Shown piece after piece: positions 37,305 to 38,413 of a stretch of 38,413 bases of DNA; the first letter of the stretch is position 1, and each line of letters opens with the position of its first letter. The position numbers and the translations under genes were made by a program. Source of the stretch: Armatimonadota bacterium (lineage in GTDB: Bacteria > Armatimonadota > Zipacnadia > Zipacnadales > UBA5352); NCBI GenBank assembly GCA_034722055.1, contig JAYENL010000120.1, positions 1-38,413 of the forward strand, given 5' to 3'. The notes beneath the pieces were generated by a model, which searched no databases, was not told the DNA's origin, and was given only the letters and a program-made list of their open reading frames with translations.

Positions 37305-38321
37305 ATGGATACCCCCGAGCAGATTGAGGCACATCCGAACTGGCCTCGCGTCCTGAGCTTCATTGCCATCACCTACGCCATCGACTGGGGTGCCGTGGGC
37401 GCGCTGTACGCCGGCGGCGTGCAGATCAAGGGCCTCGTGGCCAGCGCCGTGGCCACAGGCTACATGATCGTCCCCGCCCTCGTTGTCCTCGTCCTGGCAT
37501 GGCGATGGGGCGTAGCGCTGAAGGACTACGGCGTGCGCGTCCCCCGGCGGTGGGAGCTGGCGCTGGCGCCGGTGGTGCCGATCGTCATCGCCATGCTGAC
37601 GGTCATTGCCGCCGTCGCCATGGGCCTGGGCGAGCTCGATGTCACGGGCATGGCGCTGGCGGACAGGCTCACGGAGATGGGACAGGCGGAGGCGGCCGAG
37701 GCGGTCCGCGCGGGCTTCGAGCGGACCCCGCTCAATCCCATCCTGCTGACCATCCTCTCGGCGCCCATCGCCGGCTTCACGATCAACGGCCTCTTCGCGT
37801 TCGGCGAGGAGCTGGGCTGGCGGGGACTGCTGCAGCGGGAGCTGGCACCGATGGGCTTTGCGAGGGCCAGCGCGCTGATCGGCGTGGTGTGGGGCGTCTG
37901 GCATGCGCCGCTGATCCTGCTGGGCCACAACTTCCCGCAGCACCCGCGCCTGGGCGTGCTGGTGATGACGGTCGCGTGCGTGCCACTGGGCATCGTCCTC
38001 TCGTGGCTGGCCCTGCGGGCCCAGACGGTCTTCGCGGCGGCGGCCGCACACGGGACCCTCAACGCGGTCAGCGGTGTCACGATGATGGCCGTGCGCGGCG
38101 GTGACTCCATCGAGATCTTCATTCTGGGCTACGCCGGCATCGTGGCGGCGGCACTCGTCGCAGGCCCCATGCTGGGACGGCCGCCCACAGATGCGATCTA
38201 CGGGCCCGAGGCGCCCCCTGCGCCGCCCGCCGTCGAGGGCCCGCCGCCACCGCCGCCCGGCGGCAGCACCGACATCGGGCCTGCCGGCCCGCACCGACCT
38301 CCCGGCGGGGATGAGGACTGA
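37305..38321 (+). CDS. CPBP family intramembrane glutamic endopeptidase (CAAX/Abi)
   Basis: GEELGWRG, WGVWHAP and AAAHGTLN motifs are intact. Pro-rich tail; GGAG RBS before MDTPEQ. Confidence 0.9.
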   Translation: MDTPEQIEAHPNWPRVLSFIAITYAIDWGAVGALYAGGVQIKGLVASAVATGYMIVPALVVLVLAWRWGVALKDYGVRVPRRWELALAPVVPIVIAMLTVIAAVAMGLGELDVTGMALADRLTEMGQAEAAEAVRAGFERTPLNPILLTILSAPIAGFTINGLFAFGEELGWRGLLQRELAPMGFARASALIGVVWGVWHAPLILLGHNFPQHPRLGVLVMTVACVPLGIVLSWLALRAQTVFAAAAAHGTLNAVSGVTMMAVRGGDSIEIFILGYAGIVAAALVAGPMLGRPPTDAIYGPEAPPAPPAVEGPPPPPPGGSTDIGPAGPHRPPGGDED

Positions 38322-38413
38322 CCGGTAGGCTCCCCGCGCAGGTCCATCGGTGGCGGAGCGCGAAGACTCAGATGGTCGGCGGCGGTGCTGCGCGCGCCGC
38401 CGCCGATCTCTGT

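Noticed and set aside
38374..38408. GC-rich inverted repeat after the last CPBP gene
   Set aside because: A strong stem is visible, but there is no U-tract and it lies at the window edge, so a terminator cannot be told apart from the end of a convergent gene.

Overview
High-GC bacterial window, possibly Armatimonadota (weak inference from protein styles). The backbone carries ilvE, clpC, a PIN/TRAM (YacL-like) gene, a fused ispDF, sugar-catabolism oxidoreductases, secreted glycoside-hydrolase-like proteins, a lone PilB/GspE ATPase, TPR and DMT genes, and a tandem pair of CPBP/Abi proteases. Two accessory regions stand out. (1) A ~2.7 kb integrase-less island (4230-6924) sits in the 3' end of ispDF, bracketed by a 74-bp direct repeat whose 6 mismatches are all synonymous. 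It carries a tight three-gene operon: a COMM-domain-like protein, an acidic helical protein, and a PIN-fold nuclease with a Cys-rich insertion. This is a candidate defence or toxin-antitoxin system. (2) A ~6.8 kb cassette array (~18470-25300) has a conserved FlgD-Ig-like N-terminal module fused to interchangeable peptidase-like C-termini (His/Cys caspase-like fold; HExxH zincin). Each is followed by an exported partner (PepSY-like or HEAT-repeat), and orphan partner paralogs follow. This resembles a polymorphic peptidase-effector/immunity system. No rRNA, tRNA, CRISPR array, transposase or integrase was recognised. All family calls come from motif recognition by eye, not database searches.
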